64,000 bases of DNA from positions 4,080-68,079 of the IMG/VR virus record IMGVR_UViG_3300009082_000021. One strand, 5' to 3'. Below are positions 45,381 through 55,466 of this stretch, piece by piece (position 1 is the first letter of the stretch; every line of letters starts with the position of its first letter). This stretch comes from a virus. The position numbers and the translations under genes were made by a program. The notes under the pieces were generated by a model that did no database searches, was not told the DNA's origin, and saw only the letters and a program-made list of their open reading frames with translations.

Positions 45381-46278
45381 AACCGTAGACCGCGAAAGCA
45401 TTCTTGACTGCCTCGAGCTCGAAGCTCTCAAGGTTCTGCGGGTTCGTGAAATTCCGACCCGGGCTCGGTTCAAAGTCTCGCAGATTATCCAACCGTATGG
45501 GAAGCTGGAATTCTATGTCTCCCTTGACGATCTCGTGCAGACGCAGCTCTTGATGCACGACATTCCTCAGACGCTCGGTCTGGCTCACCTGCACTACACG
45601 CCAACGTCTGTTCTCAGCCTCCACAATGATATCCCGTGGTTTCACCAGTGGGAAGTTGGGTAGTCGTGCGGTGGTGTCGTTCTGCTGTCTCTCCGCGATG
45701 GGCAGCGTCTGGATCGACTGGGGAGAGGGATCGAACTGCATGAAGATCTCGATCGGATCGAAGTATCCCCGGACGTAGCCCGTGTCGTAGCAGGTGAGAC
45801 ACTGACTGCGCCTCCGCTGCATGGTGAACCCCTTCCCCTTGTCCGGTCCATCCATGCAGGACGGGCAATGCTGACCGAAGGTACGGACGGGGAAGATGAA
45901 GCAAGCGCGGCCAGCGAACTCCTCCCAGAGCATCCTCTCCAACCGCTGGATCTCTGCGGAGACAAGATCTGGTTCGGCGGTGAAGGTGAATGGCTCGGAC
46001 TCGTAGACGTTGGTTGCGTCCAGCTTCTGGATGTACCGGATGCGGTAGTAGAGCTGCCTCCAGCGATGCTGGAGGTTGACCCGGTTGTCCACGAAACGGT
46101 AGCGGTCCTCGAATGGGCCGGCGACCATGTCCCATGGCCCCATCGGGGATTCACTGCGATCGATGTAGCCTACGAAATCGTGGGGATCACGAGGAGTGTT
46201 CTCGATCTCCCAGGTGATCTCCAGGAAATCGAGAGAGAAGCTCCTGACGAGCGGGCTCTTGACGACGAGGTTGGCCAC
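45370..46278 (-). CDS. Neck/head-closure protein
   Basis: CPSC...CLTCYDTGYVRGY, P.VKPRDIIVE..NRRWRV. Confidence 0.65.
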   Translation of the reverse strand: MANLVVKSPLVRSFSLDFLEITWEIENTPRDPHDFVGYIDRSESPMGPWDMVAGPFEDRYRFVDNRVNLQHRWRQLYYRIRYIQKLDATNVYESEPFTFTAEPDLVSAEIQRLERMLWEEFAGRACFIFPVRTFGQHCPSCMDGPDKGKGFTMQRRRSQCLTCYDTGYVRGYFDPIEIFMQFDPSPQSIQTLPIAERQQNDTTARLPNFPLVKPRDIIVEAENRRWRVVQVSQTERLRNVVHQELRLHEIVKGDIEFQLPIRLDNLRDFEPSPGRNFTNPQNLESFELEAVKNAFAVYGYGR

Positions 46279-47996
46279 TATTCACTCGGCATCGCCACCG
46301 GAGCTCCCCCATCTTCGGCGCCTCCCCCTGTCAGGGCCATGCGACGTTGCTGTTGCTTGCGTGCAGCCATGATTCCACTCAGTGCCCCAAGACCAGCGCC
46401 CCCGAGTGCCCCGATACCCGCTCCAAGACCGGGATGACCGTAGTCTGCCCCCACTACGTTCCCCAAACTGGCACCGCCGATTCCACCAAGGATACCGTGG
46501 ATGATGCCTCTTCGCGGCACGCTCTCCCCTTTCCTCTGAGTCTCCAGCGCTCCGGCCATAGCTGGTGTGATCTCTCCTCCCTCTGTCGCCGCTCGGAGTG
46601 CTGCATGATGCTGTCTCGCTCTATGGGCACCAAATGCACCGATCCCCGCTCCCAAAGCCCCCCCGGCGAGGGCCCCCGGGATTGCGCCCCCAAGATGCCC
46701 GGCCATACCCGCTCCCGCCAGCCCACCCAGAAGTCCGAACGGTATCCCACCCGCGAGCATCTGGCGAGGAGTTGACTCCAGCTTCGCTTGCTGTGCCTGC
46801 ATCGCAGCCGCTTCGAGTGGGCTGGGCGGTTCGGCCTGAGAGATGCCTGCGAGTTTGGCAATCTGCACACCCGTCATGGCCGCCGCGATCTTCCGGATGT
46901 GGTCCGGAGCTCCCCTCGTGGAATGAAAGGCTCTAGCAGCGAGCTTCGCCTTCACGTGAGCGATCGTGGTCTTGTCCGTCCCGACTCCCGTATCCCCAAG
47001 GCCACCGAGGGATTCGATGCCTTGGCCCGCGCCCTGACCGGACAGGCCCATACCGGCGGAGTCACCAACGCCCTGGGACTGCTTTCCCTTCCCAGCCATG
47101 TACCGCTTGGCCGCCCGATGCCCACCGATGGCGGCGCCGATCGGAACCCCGATAGATCCGAGAGATGTACCAAGAGCGGCTCCAGGGCCGGCCAGCCCGT
47201 ACCGGCGGCCGAGAAGGGCTCCCAGACCAGCACCCACTCCCATTCCCCCAAGTCCCCCCGCGAGCATTCCCTTTACACCCCCCAGTTGAATGGCCCGGTC
47301 GTATCCAGGATCGTATCCCGGCTCATCCTCGTACTCGGAGATCGGGGCCCCGCCCTGCTTCTTCATGTTGGAAGCGACCGCGCTGACGAGCTGCTTCCTT
47401 TGGGCCTCCGGCTTACCATCGCCGGCCTTCATGGCCTTTGCCATGACGCCCGCCTTCTGCTTGGCCTCGGGGGTGGTGAACTCGGTCTCCTTGCCCATGC
47501 AAGCCGCTGCGAGCTTCTTGCCCATCCGGTCAGCCCAGATCATGGAGCCTTTCTTCTCAACCTCTTTTGCCGCCACACTGGGGCCATCGTAGTTGACCTT
47601 GCCCGCCGTCTCGGCCTGTTCCCTGGTCGGGGGCGTCTCGAGCCGCGCCTTGGCGCTGTACTCATCGATCGCCTTCATCTTCGCGTCCAGGGCCCTGCCG
47701 GGCTTGGAGTCGGGAAGCTGTGCCTCAGCTCCGCCCGGCTCAGCTACTGCCTTTTTTTCTTTCAGCATGTCTCGTCGTTCCTTGCTGAACGGGCTACTGA
47801 GAGGATGCTTCATCTTCTTCTGGGCCCACTCCTTGACTGCACCCAACGCTTCATCGGCAGATGCGGCCTTTTTAGTCAGTCCCAAGAAAGCCTCGAGCTC
47901 CTCGAGAGGCTGCTGGGCGAGGAAGTTCTCGAGCTCGGCAGCCGCGGTCTTTTCCTGCTCTTCGCGGTACAGATTGGCCAGAAAGCGTTCCATCAT
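46278..47996 (-). CDS. Internal head / ejection-like protein with Gly zippers
   Basis: Many K-x-A motifs and three Gly-zipper blocks. Confidence 0.7.
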   Translation of the reverse strand: MMERFLANLYREEQEKTAAAELENFLAQQPLEELEAFLGLTKKAASADEALGAVKEWAQKKMKHPLSSPFSKERRDMLKEKKAVAEPGGAEAQLPDSKPGRALDAKMKAIDEYSAKARLETPPTREQAETAGKVNYDGPSVAAKEVEKKGSMIWADRMGKKLAAACMGKETEFTTPEAKQKAGVMAKAMKAGDGKPEAQRKQLVSAVASNMKKQGGAPISEYEDEPGYDPGYDRAIQLGGVKGMLAGGLGGMGVGAGLGALLGRRYGLAGPGAALGTSLGSIGVPIGAAIGGHRAAKRYMAGKGKQSQGVGDSAGMGLSGQGAGQGIESLGGLGDTGVGTDKTTIAHVKAKLAARAFHSTRGAPDHIRKIAAAMTGVQIAKLAGISQAEPPSPLEAAAMQAQQAKLESTPRQMLAGGIPFGLLGGLAGAGMAGHLGGAIPGALAGGALGAGIGAFGAHRARQHHAALRAATEGGEITPAMAGALETQRKGESVPRRGIIHGILGGIGGASLGNVVGADYGHPGLGAGIGALGGAGLGALSGIMAARKQQQRRMALTGGGAEDGGAPVAMPSE

Positions 47997-49537
47997 CCTT
48001 CTCCTTGGGCTACCGATTGCTGCGGTTTCTCCGACTTCGGTGCTTTCACGTTGACGGTCACTCCCGCTCCTCCACCGGCCGGTGGGGGAGTTGGAGGAGC
48101 ACCTGCCGCCTCTGGTGGCATCCCTTCCGGGGGAGCCCCACCCTCAGCTCCTGGGGGTGGACCACCCTCTGCGCCAGCTTCGGCTCCCGGAGGCCCTCCC
48201 TCAGCTCCTGGAGGGCCTCCTGGGCCCGCTTCTCCACCTGGGCCGGCTGGTGGGCCTGGAGGTCCCGGAGGCGGCCCCTGAGGCACCTGGGGAGGCCCGG
48301 CGGCCATAGTCGGGTCCTGGGCCAAGAGGTCCATGAGCTGTTGCCGGTACTGGGTAATGGCCTGCCGCAGGGCGATGTTTTGTTGCTGGGCGTTCAGGCT
48401 CTCGTCCCGGGCGGTCACGGCATCCTGCTGGGCCATTTGGGATTCCTGCTGAGCCTGCTGCGCCTGTTGGGTGGCCATCTCTGCTTGTTGCGCGCCCTCT
48501 TGCTGAACCTGCTGGCTCTGCTGTTGGAGCTGCTGGTTCTGCTGCTGGAGCATCTGCGTCTGCTCCTGGAGCTGTTGGGCCTGAGCCGAGGCTTCCTCTG
48601 CCTGCTGGCGGAAGAACTCAGCCTCGTTGGCCTGCTGCTGGGCCTGAAGGAACTCCTGGAGCTCCGAGGGATTCATCTCGCCCTCTCCGCCCATTCCATG
48701 CCCCATTCCAGGCTGTGCCGCTTCCGGCTGAACAGGGATGGTAAGATCGTCATCCGCGGCCCGTTTCCGAATGGACGCTTTCTTCCGCAACATCTCCAAG
48801 ACAGCGGCGACCTTGGGCTCGCCCTCGTAGGAGGTCCATTTGCTGAGCCAGCTAGTCTTCTTGGGTAGGTCGGCAACCTTCTTGGATGCCGCCGCGCTGG
48901 TACGCTTGATGATGTCCAGCAAGCCGGCGCTGCCCTCATTCATTGGAGCGGCAGCGACCTTCGCGTTGGGGTGGGCGAGAGCCATAGATGGGTTCGCCGT
49001 TTCCTTCTCCAACTCGGCTTCCTTGGAGGCCGGGAGAGCAGACATCATGCGGCTACGATCGATTTCCTCCCCGATCGTCTTGCCGGTCATGTGCCCGCCC
49101 AGCCCACCAGCAGCCATGCCCAGAGCTGTCCCCGCCAGACCATGGGAACGCCCAGCTAGGCCGCCCGCAGCCGCACCACCCAAGGTACCCAAGAGCTTCC
49201 CGAAGTGCTCTCCTCTCTTCCGCCGCACGCCCTCGGCCCGGGCCATATCCCCCGTGGTCTTAGATCGGAGACCAGAGAGCATCGCACCGTGAAGAGCTCG
49301 CTGCTCCTCTTCTGGCGTGATCGGCTTGTCGAGGACCGCCTGGCCCTCCTTACGAAGGTGCATGCCGATCCGGTTGGCGATGGCGAGCTTGTGCCCGAGC
49401 TTGCGGAGCTGCTCTTTCTCCTCCGGTAGGAGACCACCGGACGCGACCTTCAGCTTGAGGAACTGCTCCGCGCCCTCTACCCAACTCGCCTGGGTTTGAG
49501 GCCCGCGCAGCCGCTCGTATAGTTCGTCGTCACGCAT
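47993..49537 (-). CDS. Internal head protein (Gly zipper, Q-rich coil, P/G-rich tail)
   Basis: Composition, K-x-A motifs. Confidence 0.7.
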   Translation of the reverse strand: MRDDELYERLRGPQTQASWVEGAEQFLKLKVASGGLLPEEKEQLRKLGHKLAIANRIGMHLRKEGQAVLDKPITPEEEQRALHGAMLSGLRSKTTGDMARAEGVRRKRGEHFGKLLGTLGGAAAGGLAGRSHGLAGTALGMAAGGLGGHMTGKTIGEEIDRSRMMSALPASKEAELEKETANPSMALAHPNAKVAAAPMNEGSAGLLDIIKRTSAAASKKVADLPKKTSWLSKWTSYEGEPKVAAVLEMLRKKASIRKRAADDDLTIPVQPEAAQPGMGHGMGGEGEMNPSELQEFLQAQQQANEAEFFRQQAEEASAQAQQLQEQTQMLQQQNQQLQQQSQQVQQEGAQQAEMATQQAQQAQQESQMAQQDAVTARDESLNAQQQNIALRQAITQYRQQLMDLLAQDPTMAAGPPQVPQGPPPGPPGPPAGPGGEAGPGGPPGAEGGPPGAEAGAEGGPPPGAEGGAPPEGMPPEAAGAPPTPPPAGGGAGVTVNVKAPKSEKPQQSVAQGEG

Positions 49538-49546
49538 GGAGATCTC

Positions 49547-49963
49547 CTACTCGTGCACGACCGTGAACCGGTTCGTGAATTCCGTGATCGAGATGATGTC
49601 GGCCTTCGCCACCGCCGTGGCTCCCACAGTTACATCGGCTGTTGTGGAAAGGCCCAGAAGGCTGTTGGCGGTACCGTCCTTGTCGATGACCTGAGCCGCC
49701 AAGATGAAGGCCAGCTTGGACCTCGGCGGCGCGGCCGTTCCATAGTTTCGGATGGATGCGGCGCCCCCCACGATAGCGTTGATCTGCGCCACGATCTGAT
49801 TAGGCGTGAGCGCCGTTCCCACAAACGTCGTTGTCCCCCCGGTAAGGATTAGCGTCAACCCATCCAGATTGAGAGTCGGCTCAAGGTCCCTGGACAGCAC
49901 GACCCCATTGAGGTAATCCACGAGCTCCGCAAGGTGACTGAACTGACGTGCGGTGATGGCCAT
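49547..49963 (-). CDS. Virion structural protein
   Basis: GLTL...QIVAQIN...GTANSLLG module shared with the sheath. Confidence 0.7.
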   Translation of the reverse strand: MAITARQFSHLAELVDYLNGVVLSRDLEPTLNLDGLTLILTGGTTTFVGTALTPNQIVAQINAIVGGAASIRNYGTAAPPRSKLAFILAAQVIDKDGTANSLLGLSTTADVTVGATAVAKADIISITEFTNRFTVVHE

Positions 49964-49972
49964 GTGCTTCTC

Positions 49973-50488
49973 CTAATATACCCCGTACCAGCCGTTCACG
50001 AAGAAGTACTCGGAGTGGCTGCCGGTGAAAGTCCCCAAGAGCTGGGCGATGTTCAGGCTCACCTTTCGGGCAACCTTCTCTTGCTCGTACTTGCCCTGGA
50101 AGTCCCGGATCCACTGCATCCACATCGGGCCCTTGTCGCTGGCGTTGACGTTGATTCCCCCGTCCGAGAACTGGAGGAAGTTCCTGGTCTGAAGAATACC
50201 GACAGACTGAAGGAGCGACACCACCGTGCCACGAAGCGCGAAGCTCTGGTAGTGCATGTTGAAGAGCTGGTCCAGGGAGTAGTACCCCAGGCTCGGCGGA
50301 GTGCCTGCGAAGTCGCTGAGGAAGTCGAGGATCGCCCAGGCAATCATCCGATCAGAAGATTCCTCGCCCTTGATGAGCCGGTTGAGTTGAGGATGATCCC
50401 GCATGAAGAATCGGACAGTCTGGATGAACGAGTTGAAGATGTCGCTCACCCCCGGAATACCAGAGAGACCTTGAAGCTGTGCTGTCAT
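49973..50488 (-). CDS. Head-tail adaptor/neck protein
   Basis: VRFFMRDHPQLNRL...RNFLQFSDGG; located after the MCP. Confidence 0.65.
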   Translation of the reverse strand: MTAQLQGLSGIPGVSDIFNSFIQTVRFFMRDHPQLNRLIKGEESSDRMIAWAILDFLSDFAGTPPSLGYYSLDQLFNMHYQSFALRGTVVSLLQSVGILQTRNFLQFSDGGINVNASDKGPMWMQWIRDFQGKYEQEKVARKVSLNIAQLLGTFTGSHSEYFFVNGWYGVY

Positions 50489-50985
50489 CCAACCAGTCCC
50501 TTTACTCCGTGGCGCTGGACCTGATTCTTCAAGGCCCTTCCCACATCCCCGAATCCCCTCTTCAGCCTCGGTAGGAGAGGGCCGTATCCTGGTGTGATGT
50601 CTGTGGAAAGCGCCTTCATGATGCCTCCACCTCCGATTTTCTCCAGCTCGTCAAAGAGGCCATGGACCATGGCCTCTTTGTACTTGTCCTCCATCTCTTT
50701 GAGATGGGTGTAGTACTTCCGGTCCTCATCCAGATGGTCGGAAGCAATGCTGCGGGTGGCGGCCTCCAAAGGAGCATCGGGGTTCTTCTTGAGCCAGCCG
50801 ATTGTGTCCTTGTGTTCCTTCTCCACCTCCTGGCCCTTGAGAAGCTGTCGCCCATAGGGAGACTGCTGATCAGGGTTCTTGATCCCTGGAGGTGCCTCAG
50901 GAGAGCTGTACTTCAAGGCTGCCCTCTCCCCCTTGGCCACGTCTCCTATCTCATCAGCGAAACTGGAGACCGTTCCCGCGTCCAT
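50485..50985 (-). CDS. DUF5661-like internal virion protein
   Basis: KGQEVEKEH...IASDHLDEDRKYYTHLKEME; FDELEKIG. Confidence 0.75.
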   Translation of the reverse strand: MDAGTVSSFADEIGDVAKGERAALKYSSPEAPPGIKNPDQQSPYGRQLLKGQEVEKEHKDTIGWLKKNPDAPLEAATRSIASDHLDEDRKYYTHLKEMEDKYKEAMVHGLFDELEKIGGGGIMKALSTDITPGYGPLLPRLKRGFGDVGRALKNQVQRHGVKGLVG

Positions 50986-51257
50986 TACTCGTCCTTGGCC
51001 TTCTTCTTCCGGATGATGGGGTCTACGGAAGCACGTGGCGCCTCAGCCTTGACTGGAACCGCCTTCTGGGGATGGTACCCCTCCAGCTCCAGGACACCCT
51101 GATCGGCCAGGTGCTTGGCGACTGAACTGTAGGCGATCTCAGCCGGCATCAGTTCCCTCTTCGCCCCACGCGGATCGCGGAGCACAGAACTCTTGGGCAT
51201 GACCCTCCAGTGCAGAAAGCCCGCTACCCGATCAGTGAGATTGGTGACTTTCACCAT
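50985..51257 (-). CDS. Hypothetical protein
   Basis: VKVTNLTD start; operon packing. Confidence 0.65.
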   Translation of the reverse strand: MVKVTNLTDRVAGFLHWRVMPKSSVLRDPRGAKRELMPAEIAYSSVAKHLADQGVLELEGYHPQKAVPVKAEAPRASVDPIIRKKKAKDE

Positions 51258-51260
51258 TGG

Positions 51261-51887
51261 CTATCTCCGTTTCTTGGACTTGTGATGCGATCTCGTTGGC
51301 TCAGATGCGGCTGCTGACTCCTCATCTGCGACCGACATCTCTTCCTCAGCTTCCTTCGCCTCTCGAGAAAGCTCGGAGAGCTTGACGGACCCGAAGACAG
51401 ATTCCGTGACCGGCTGGTCTTTGGGTAGTGGGGCGACCTCGACCACCTCCGGCTGGACCTCTTCCGCGATCTCCTCGAGAATCTCCTCGGCCTTCTCTAC
51501 CTCTTCCGGGGTGGTCGTCTCCGGGGTGGCAGGGATTTGATCTTCCGGCTTGACCTTCTGGAAACACTCCGGCAGCTCTCCCTTGGGGAGTGCCTTGAAC
51601 GCCCCGTCCGGTCGGCTGAGGATGAACTCACCCGTGGAGGCGTAGGTGATCCGCAGTCGGCCTGGAGCGGTGAGAACGATCATCCCCTCCTTCAGCATCC
51701 ATAGGAGCTTGGCTGCCTCACGCTGGAAGATCTCCTCGGAGAAGGTGATCTTCTTGCCTGGCAGGGTTCGTCTCCCGGCGATGTATTGCTTGTTACGCCG
51801 CACGCACGCGGACCTGTGACGGTGCGCTCTCGTGCGGGCATTCCCCACGATGTTCTCGACCGTGTAGAACGACTGTGTCTCGGCCAT
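51261..51887 (-). CDS. Hypothetical protein
   Basis: SD AGGAGG; acidic C-terminus. Confidence 0.7.
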   Translation of the reverse strand: MAETQSFYTVENIVGNARTRAHRHRSACVRRNKQYIAGRRTLPGKKITFSEEIFQREAAKLLWMLKEGMIVLTAPGRLRITYASTGEFILSRPDGAFKALPKGELPECFQKVKPEDQIPATPETTTPEEVEKAEEILEEIAEEVQPEVVEVAPLPKDQPVTESVFGSVKLSELSREAKEAEEEMSVADEESAAASEPTRSHHKSKKRR

Positions 51888-51903
51888 TTGTCTCCTCCTA
51901 AGA

Positions 51904-51940
51904 AAAAGCGCCGGCGCCTACAGCGAGACGCCGGCGCTTT
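51904..51940 (-). terminator. Terminator after the major capsid gene
   Basis: AAAGCGCCGGCG/CGCCGGCGCTTT with a U tract. Confidence 0.8.
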
Positions 51941-51971
51941 CAGCCCGTACGTTCACCCCGAAGGGCCGGGG

Positions 51972-53096
51972 CTAGTAGACCTCGATGCCCGGGTAGACCA
52001 GGCCGGAGTCCACGCGGTTGTTCTCGGCGCCGAGGTCCTCCTCCGCCTTCGGGCTCTTGGCGGTGAGGATGCTGTCGGTGTCGATGGTCGTGGCGTCACC
52101 GGAGTAGAGCTCCAGCTTCCGCACCGATGCGATGTTGATGACAGCGACCGCGATGTCCTCCCAGGACTGCCAGGTGATCAGGTTCGCGATCTTGTCGATG
52201 TAGAACTTGGTGTTGTTGAGGATGTAGAAGCGGCCCAGGAAGTCCGGGGCGGTGAAGCAGTAGACGTTGCCCGGCCGCAGGATGTCGGTCTTGATGGTCC
52301 GGATGTACTGCCTGCCGAGAAGCAGGTTGTACTTGTATCCGTCCACCGTGGTCTCCGACTGGAGCTTGTCGCCGAAGTCCTCGAGCGTCCACTGGAGGAC
52401 GTCGTCCCAGTCCACCTCGGTGATCAGGATCTGCTCGGCGCGCAGCCTGTTGCCATCGATCAGCTTGAAGAGGTTGACGAAGTCCGGCCTCTGAACCGGC
52501 CAGACGGTCGCGTCGTCCGTGGTGGCCTCGCGGGCGAGCTCGCCCTTGCGGACGGAGAACTCGACCGGCGGGGTCGCTCCCTGGAGCGCCGAAGCGTTCA
52601 GGGCGGTGACCGAACCACCGTTGGCCTCGGCCTGGAGGGCCTGGACAGCGGCCTCGATGTGGATGGTCCACTCGCGGTCCTCGATCTCCTGGATGTCCTT
52701 CACCGAGTTGTCCTCGATGACCTTGGTGATCGGCATTTCGTAGGCCAGGAGCTCCTGCTCCGTCTTCTCGAACTTCTCCGAGCTGACGGTCCAGAAAGCC
52801 ACCTCGGCACGGGGCGCGCGGATGAAGCGGGCCTCGGGCTGACCGCGGAAGGTCAGGGCCATCGCGCGGCTCTTGGGCTCCACGTCCACGATCTTCACGA
52901 GCGTGTCGTGGTTGACGGACCGCTGGCAGTCCGCCCTGGTCACCATCTGGGGCGGCTGGACCTTGCGGGCGTAGCTCACCTCACGGAGACGGTCGCGGAC
53001 GTAGGTGCCGGCGTACTCGGCGATCTTCTCTTTCCCCTCGGCCGTCCCCACCTTGTTGGTGAAGAGGTCGTTCAGGACTCTTGCGGGAACGCTCAT
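51972..53096 (-). CDS. Major capsid protein
   Basis: RDRLREVSYARKV.PP, KDIQEIED HK97-like features; strong codon bias; terminator downstream. Confidence 0.85.
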   Translation of the reverse strand: MSVPARVLNDLFTNKVGTAEGKEKIAEYAGTYVRDRLREVSYARKVQPPQMVTRADCQRSVNHDTLVKIVDVEPKSRAMALTFRGQPEARFIRAPRAEVAFWTVSSEKFEKTEQELLAYEMPITKVIEDNSVKDIQEIEDREWTIHIEAAVQALQAEANGGSVTALNASALQGATPPVEFSVRKGELAREATTDDATVWPVQRPDFVNLFKLIDGNRLRAEQILITEVDWDDVLQWTLEDFGDKLQSETTVDGYKYNLLLGRQYIRTIKTDILRPGNVYCFTAPDFLGRFYILNNTKFYIDKIANLITWQSWEDIAVAVINIASVRKLELYSGDATTIDTDSILTAKSPKAEEDLGAENNRVDSGLVYPGIEVY

Positions 53097-53126
53097 CGTG
53101 ATTCTCCTTCGTGATCCTCTCCTGGC

Positions 53127-53579
53127 CTAGACCAGGGTCTGGATGAAGCGCAGCTTGTTGCCGTTGTCGTTCGGGTGACGGGTGACGTAGCCGATGACCT
53201 CGCCGGACGAGTAGTTCGCCAGGCCGGACTTCGTTTTCCCATCCGGTCCGGTGACGCTCGCGCTGATCTGGAGCTTGCCCAGGAGCGTGAGGCCAGCGGC
53301 GGTGAAGATCAGGGTGTCGGCTTCGTAGGTCATGCCGAACAGCACCGTCGTCTTCCCAAGAGCCTGGACGTCGAAACGCCCCTTCTCCGCGAAGACTGCC
53401 CAGCCGATGCTTCCATCGACGCCACGGATGAGCTTGTAGCTGCTGTTGAGGTTCATGAACTCGCCATCCAGTAGCGGGTTCGTTCCGTTCGGATTCGCCA
53501 GGGTCCGGTCGTTGAGGGGGAAATCCCTCCGGAGGACCGGAATGAGTTCCGTGATCAGAGTGAAGTTCGAAACGGACAT
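53127..53579 (-). CDS. Capsid decoration/cement protein
   Basis: Directly upstream of the MCP; EKGRFDVQALGK.TV. Confidence 0.65.
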   Translation of the reverse strand: MSVSNFTLITELIPVLRRDFPLNDRTLANPNGTNPLLDGEFMNLNSSYKLIRGVDGSIGWAVFAEKGRFDVQALGKTTVLFGMTYEADTLIFTAAGLTLLGKLQISASVTGPDGKTKSGLANYSSGEVIGYVTRHPNDNGNKLRFIQTLV

Positions 53580-53609
53580 TGAAGTTCTCCTTGGTTTTCC
53601 GGTTGGCTG

Positions 53610-54002
53610 CTACTCGGAGAGCCCACCCAGGATGTACGCCGTGAGAGCATCCGCACCGTTACCCGGCGCCTCCGCTCCTGCCAGCTTCCCGAGAGCCCCA
53701 TTGGGGGCCGACATCTCGATCGCCTCTTCGATGACGTCGAGCTTCCGGCCACGAGTCTCCGCCTCCTTGATCCGCTCGACCTTCTCCTCGAAGGTGGTGC
53801 CAGGGTCGATGCCCTTGGTCTCCATCGTGCGAGCGATCTTCTCGATTCGGTCGGATTTCTCGTACTCCCGCAGCTTGGTCTCCACACCCGCCAGCTTCGT
53901 GCGCAACTCGTCCCTCTCGGAGACGAGTGCCCGAAGAACACCTGGAACCTCGGCGTAGACCTGCGCGGCCTGGGCAGCACTGATCTTGGTCTGGCTCATC
54001 AT
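53610..54002 (-). CDS. Scaffold-like coiled-coil protein
   Basis: Coiled coil, K-x-A motifs, position. Confidence 0.65.
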   Translation of the reverse strand: MMSQTKISAAQAAQVYAEVPGVLRALVSERDELRTKLAGVETKLREYEKSDRIEKIARTMETKGIDPGTTFEEKVERIKEAETRGRKLDVIEEAIEMSAPNGALGKLAGAEAPGNGADALTAYILGGLSE

Positions 54003-54008
54003 GTCCTC

Positions 54009-55106
54009 CTAGTACCCACCCGAGATGGGCATTGCGCTGCTACCGAAGGCGGCTTCCTTCTTCTCTTCCTGCTTGGCCTTGAGGGCTTCGTGCAGCTTCG
54101 CAGCCCTCTCCTTCTCCTCGGGCGAAGCATCGTCCTTCGCCCCCTCCTCCGCGATCTTGCGGAGGAGAGCCCTTGCCGCCACCGCTGATGAGAGCTTCAC
54201 GCCCGCGCCGGCAGCAGAGTCGAGGTTTTCATGAAGCACCGGATCCGTGGACTTCTTCTGGGCTGGTTCGTCGATCACCTCACCCATCCGTTCCTTGGGT
54301 ACGGCCTTCGCCTGCTGCTTGGTGTAGTCCCTTGCAGCTTCGTTGGAGTTGATCATGCTCTCCTGCCGGCTGGCTTCGCCGGGAAGAGAGGGGACGTCCT
54401 CACCGCTCTTGGACGCATCCGGGGGGACGTCATTGTGCGTGGCCTTGATCTGGGCGGCGGATACGTCCTCGCCGGCCATCTTGCTCATGATACCCAGGAC
54501 GCGGTTGACCTGCGCTGTCTTCTGCTTCCTGCTGATGAGGAGAGCAGCCGACTGTTTCATCTTGTCCTGGTGCGTCCAGTTCTCACTCCCGCCGGGAGGA
54601 GTGGTGGCGTCGGTCTTGAGGGAAGTTCCGGGGTTGGTCTGGCCGGGAGACTTGGTGTCCGACCCCGTGGCCATCGGCGGCTTGCCGGTCTTGGCCTCTC
54701 CCGTCTCCTCCGACTGGACGCCGGGGGTGGGGGAGTTGACGTTGGTCTCCAGGGACGTCTGGCCGATGCCAGGTCCGATCCCCGGGGTGACGGTGTGGGG
54801 CGGGGGCGGCATGGTCTCGCCAACCGCTTCCTTCGTCAGGAAATGGTTGTTGAGATACTCCACTGCCGACGCGAGCTTCTCCACGAACACGGAGGAGGTC
54901 TTCTCCCCATAACTCTCGTAGTTCCGCTCGGGGGTGTTGCCCGTCTCCTTGGGAGCGCCCTTGTTTTCGAAGCCGCTCTCTTTTTCCTTCTCGTCTTTCT
55001 TCTTGGACTCGTCCCGATCAGGCTCCTGCTGAAGCTGCGCGATCTTGACCCGCTCCTCAGCTTCGGCAAGCGACTGCCGGACCATGTCCTGTAGAGAGAA
55101 TCGCAT
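54009..55106 (-). CDS. Prohead core/scaffold protein
   Basis: SD GAGGAG, start MRFSLQ; many K-x-A/S motifs. Confidence 0.7.
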   Translation of the reverse strand: MRFSLQDMVRQSLAEAEERVKIAQLQQEPDRDESKKKDEKEKESGFENKGAPKETGNTPERNYESYGEKTSSVFVEKLASAVEYLNNHFLTKEAVGETMPPPPHTVTPGIGPGIGQTSLETNVNSPTPGVQSEETGEAKTGKPPMATGSDTKSPGQTNPGTSLKTDATTPPGGSENWTHQDKMKQSAALLISRKQKTAQVNRVLGIMSKMAGEDVSAAQIKATHNDVPPDASKSGEDVPSLPGEASRQESMINSNEAARDYTKQQAKAVPKERMGEVIDEPAQKKSTDPVLHENLDSAAGAGVKLSSAVAARALLRKIAEEGAKDDASPEEKERAAKLHEALKAKQEEKKEAAFGSSAMPISGGY

Positions 55107-55129
55107 CTGATTTCTCCTCTCGTGTCCCA

Positions 55130-55441
55130 TCATCGTACCCCAAAGACCACATTGGGAGGCGGAGTACTTCGCTCCGCCGCACCCTGAGCAGGGTTGGCTG
55201 ATGGGGAGGTGTCGATGTTCGGTTGCGCGTAGTCTGGTGGTCGCTTGCCGTACTGCGACGCTGGACCAACCAGCTTGGGGCTGAGAGAGGCAGGAGGTGT
55301 CGGCGCTCGGTCTGCCTGGATCGGTGGGGTCTTCGCCCGTGGTGCACCCACGGTCTTTGACGACCACACGCTCGAGGAAGATCGAGCTTGTGCCCCGATC
55401 TTCTCCAGCTCATCCCAGAACGCCGTCATCATCTCTTCCAC
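55130..55441 (-). CDS. Small internal head protein
   Basis: AFWDELEKIGA motif. Confidence 0.65.
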   Translation of the reverse strand: MEEMMTAFWDELEKIGAQARSSSSVWSSKTVGAPRAKTPPIQADRAPTPPASLSPKLVGPASQYGKRPPDYAQPNIDTSPSANPAQGAAERSTPPPNVVFGVR

Positions 55442-55466
55442 GCTCAGTCACCCAAGCTGTTCGGAC

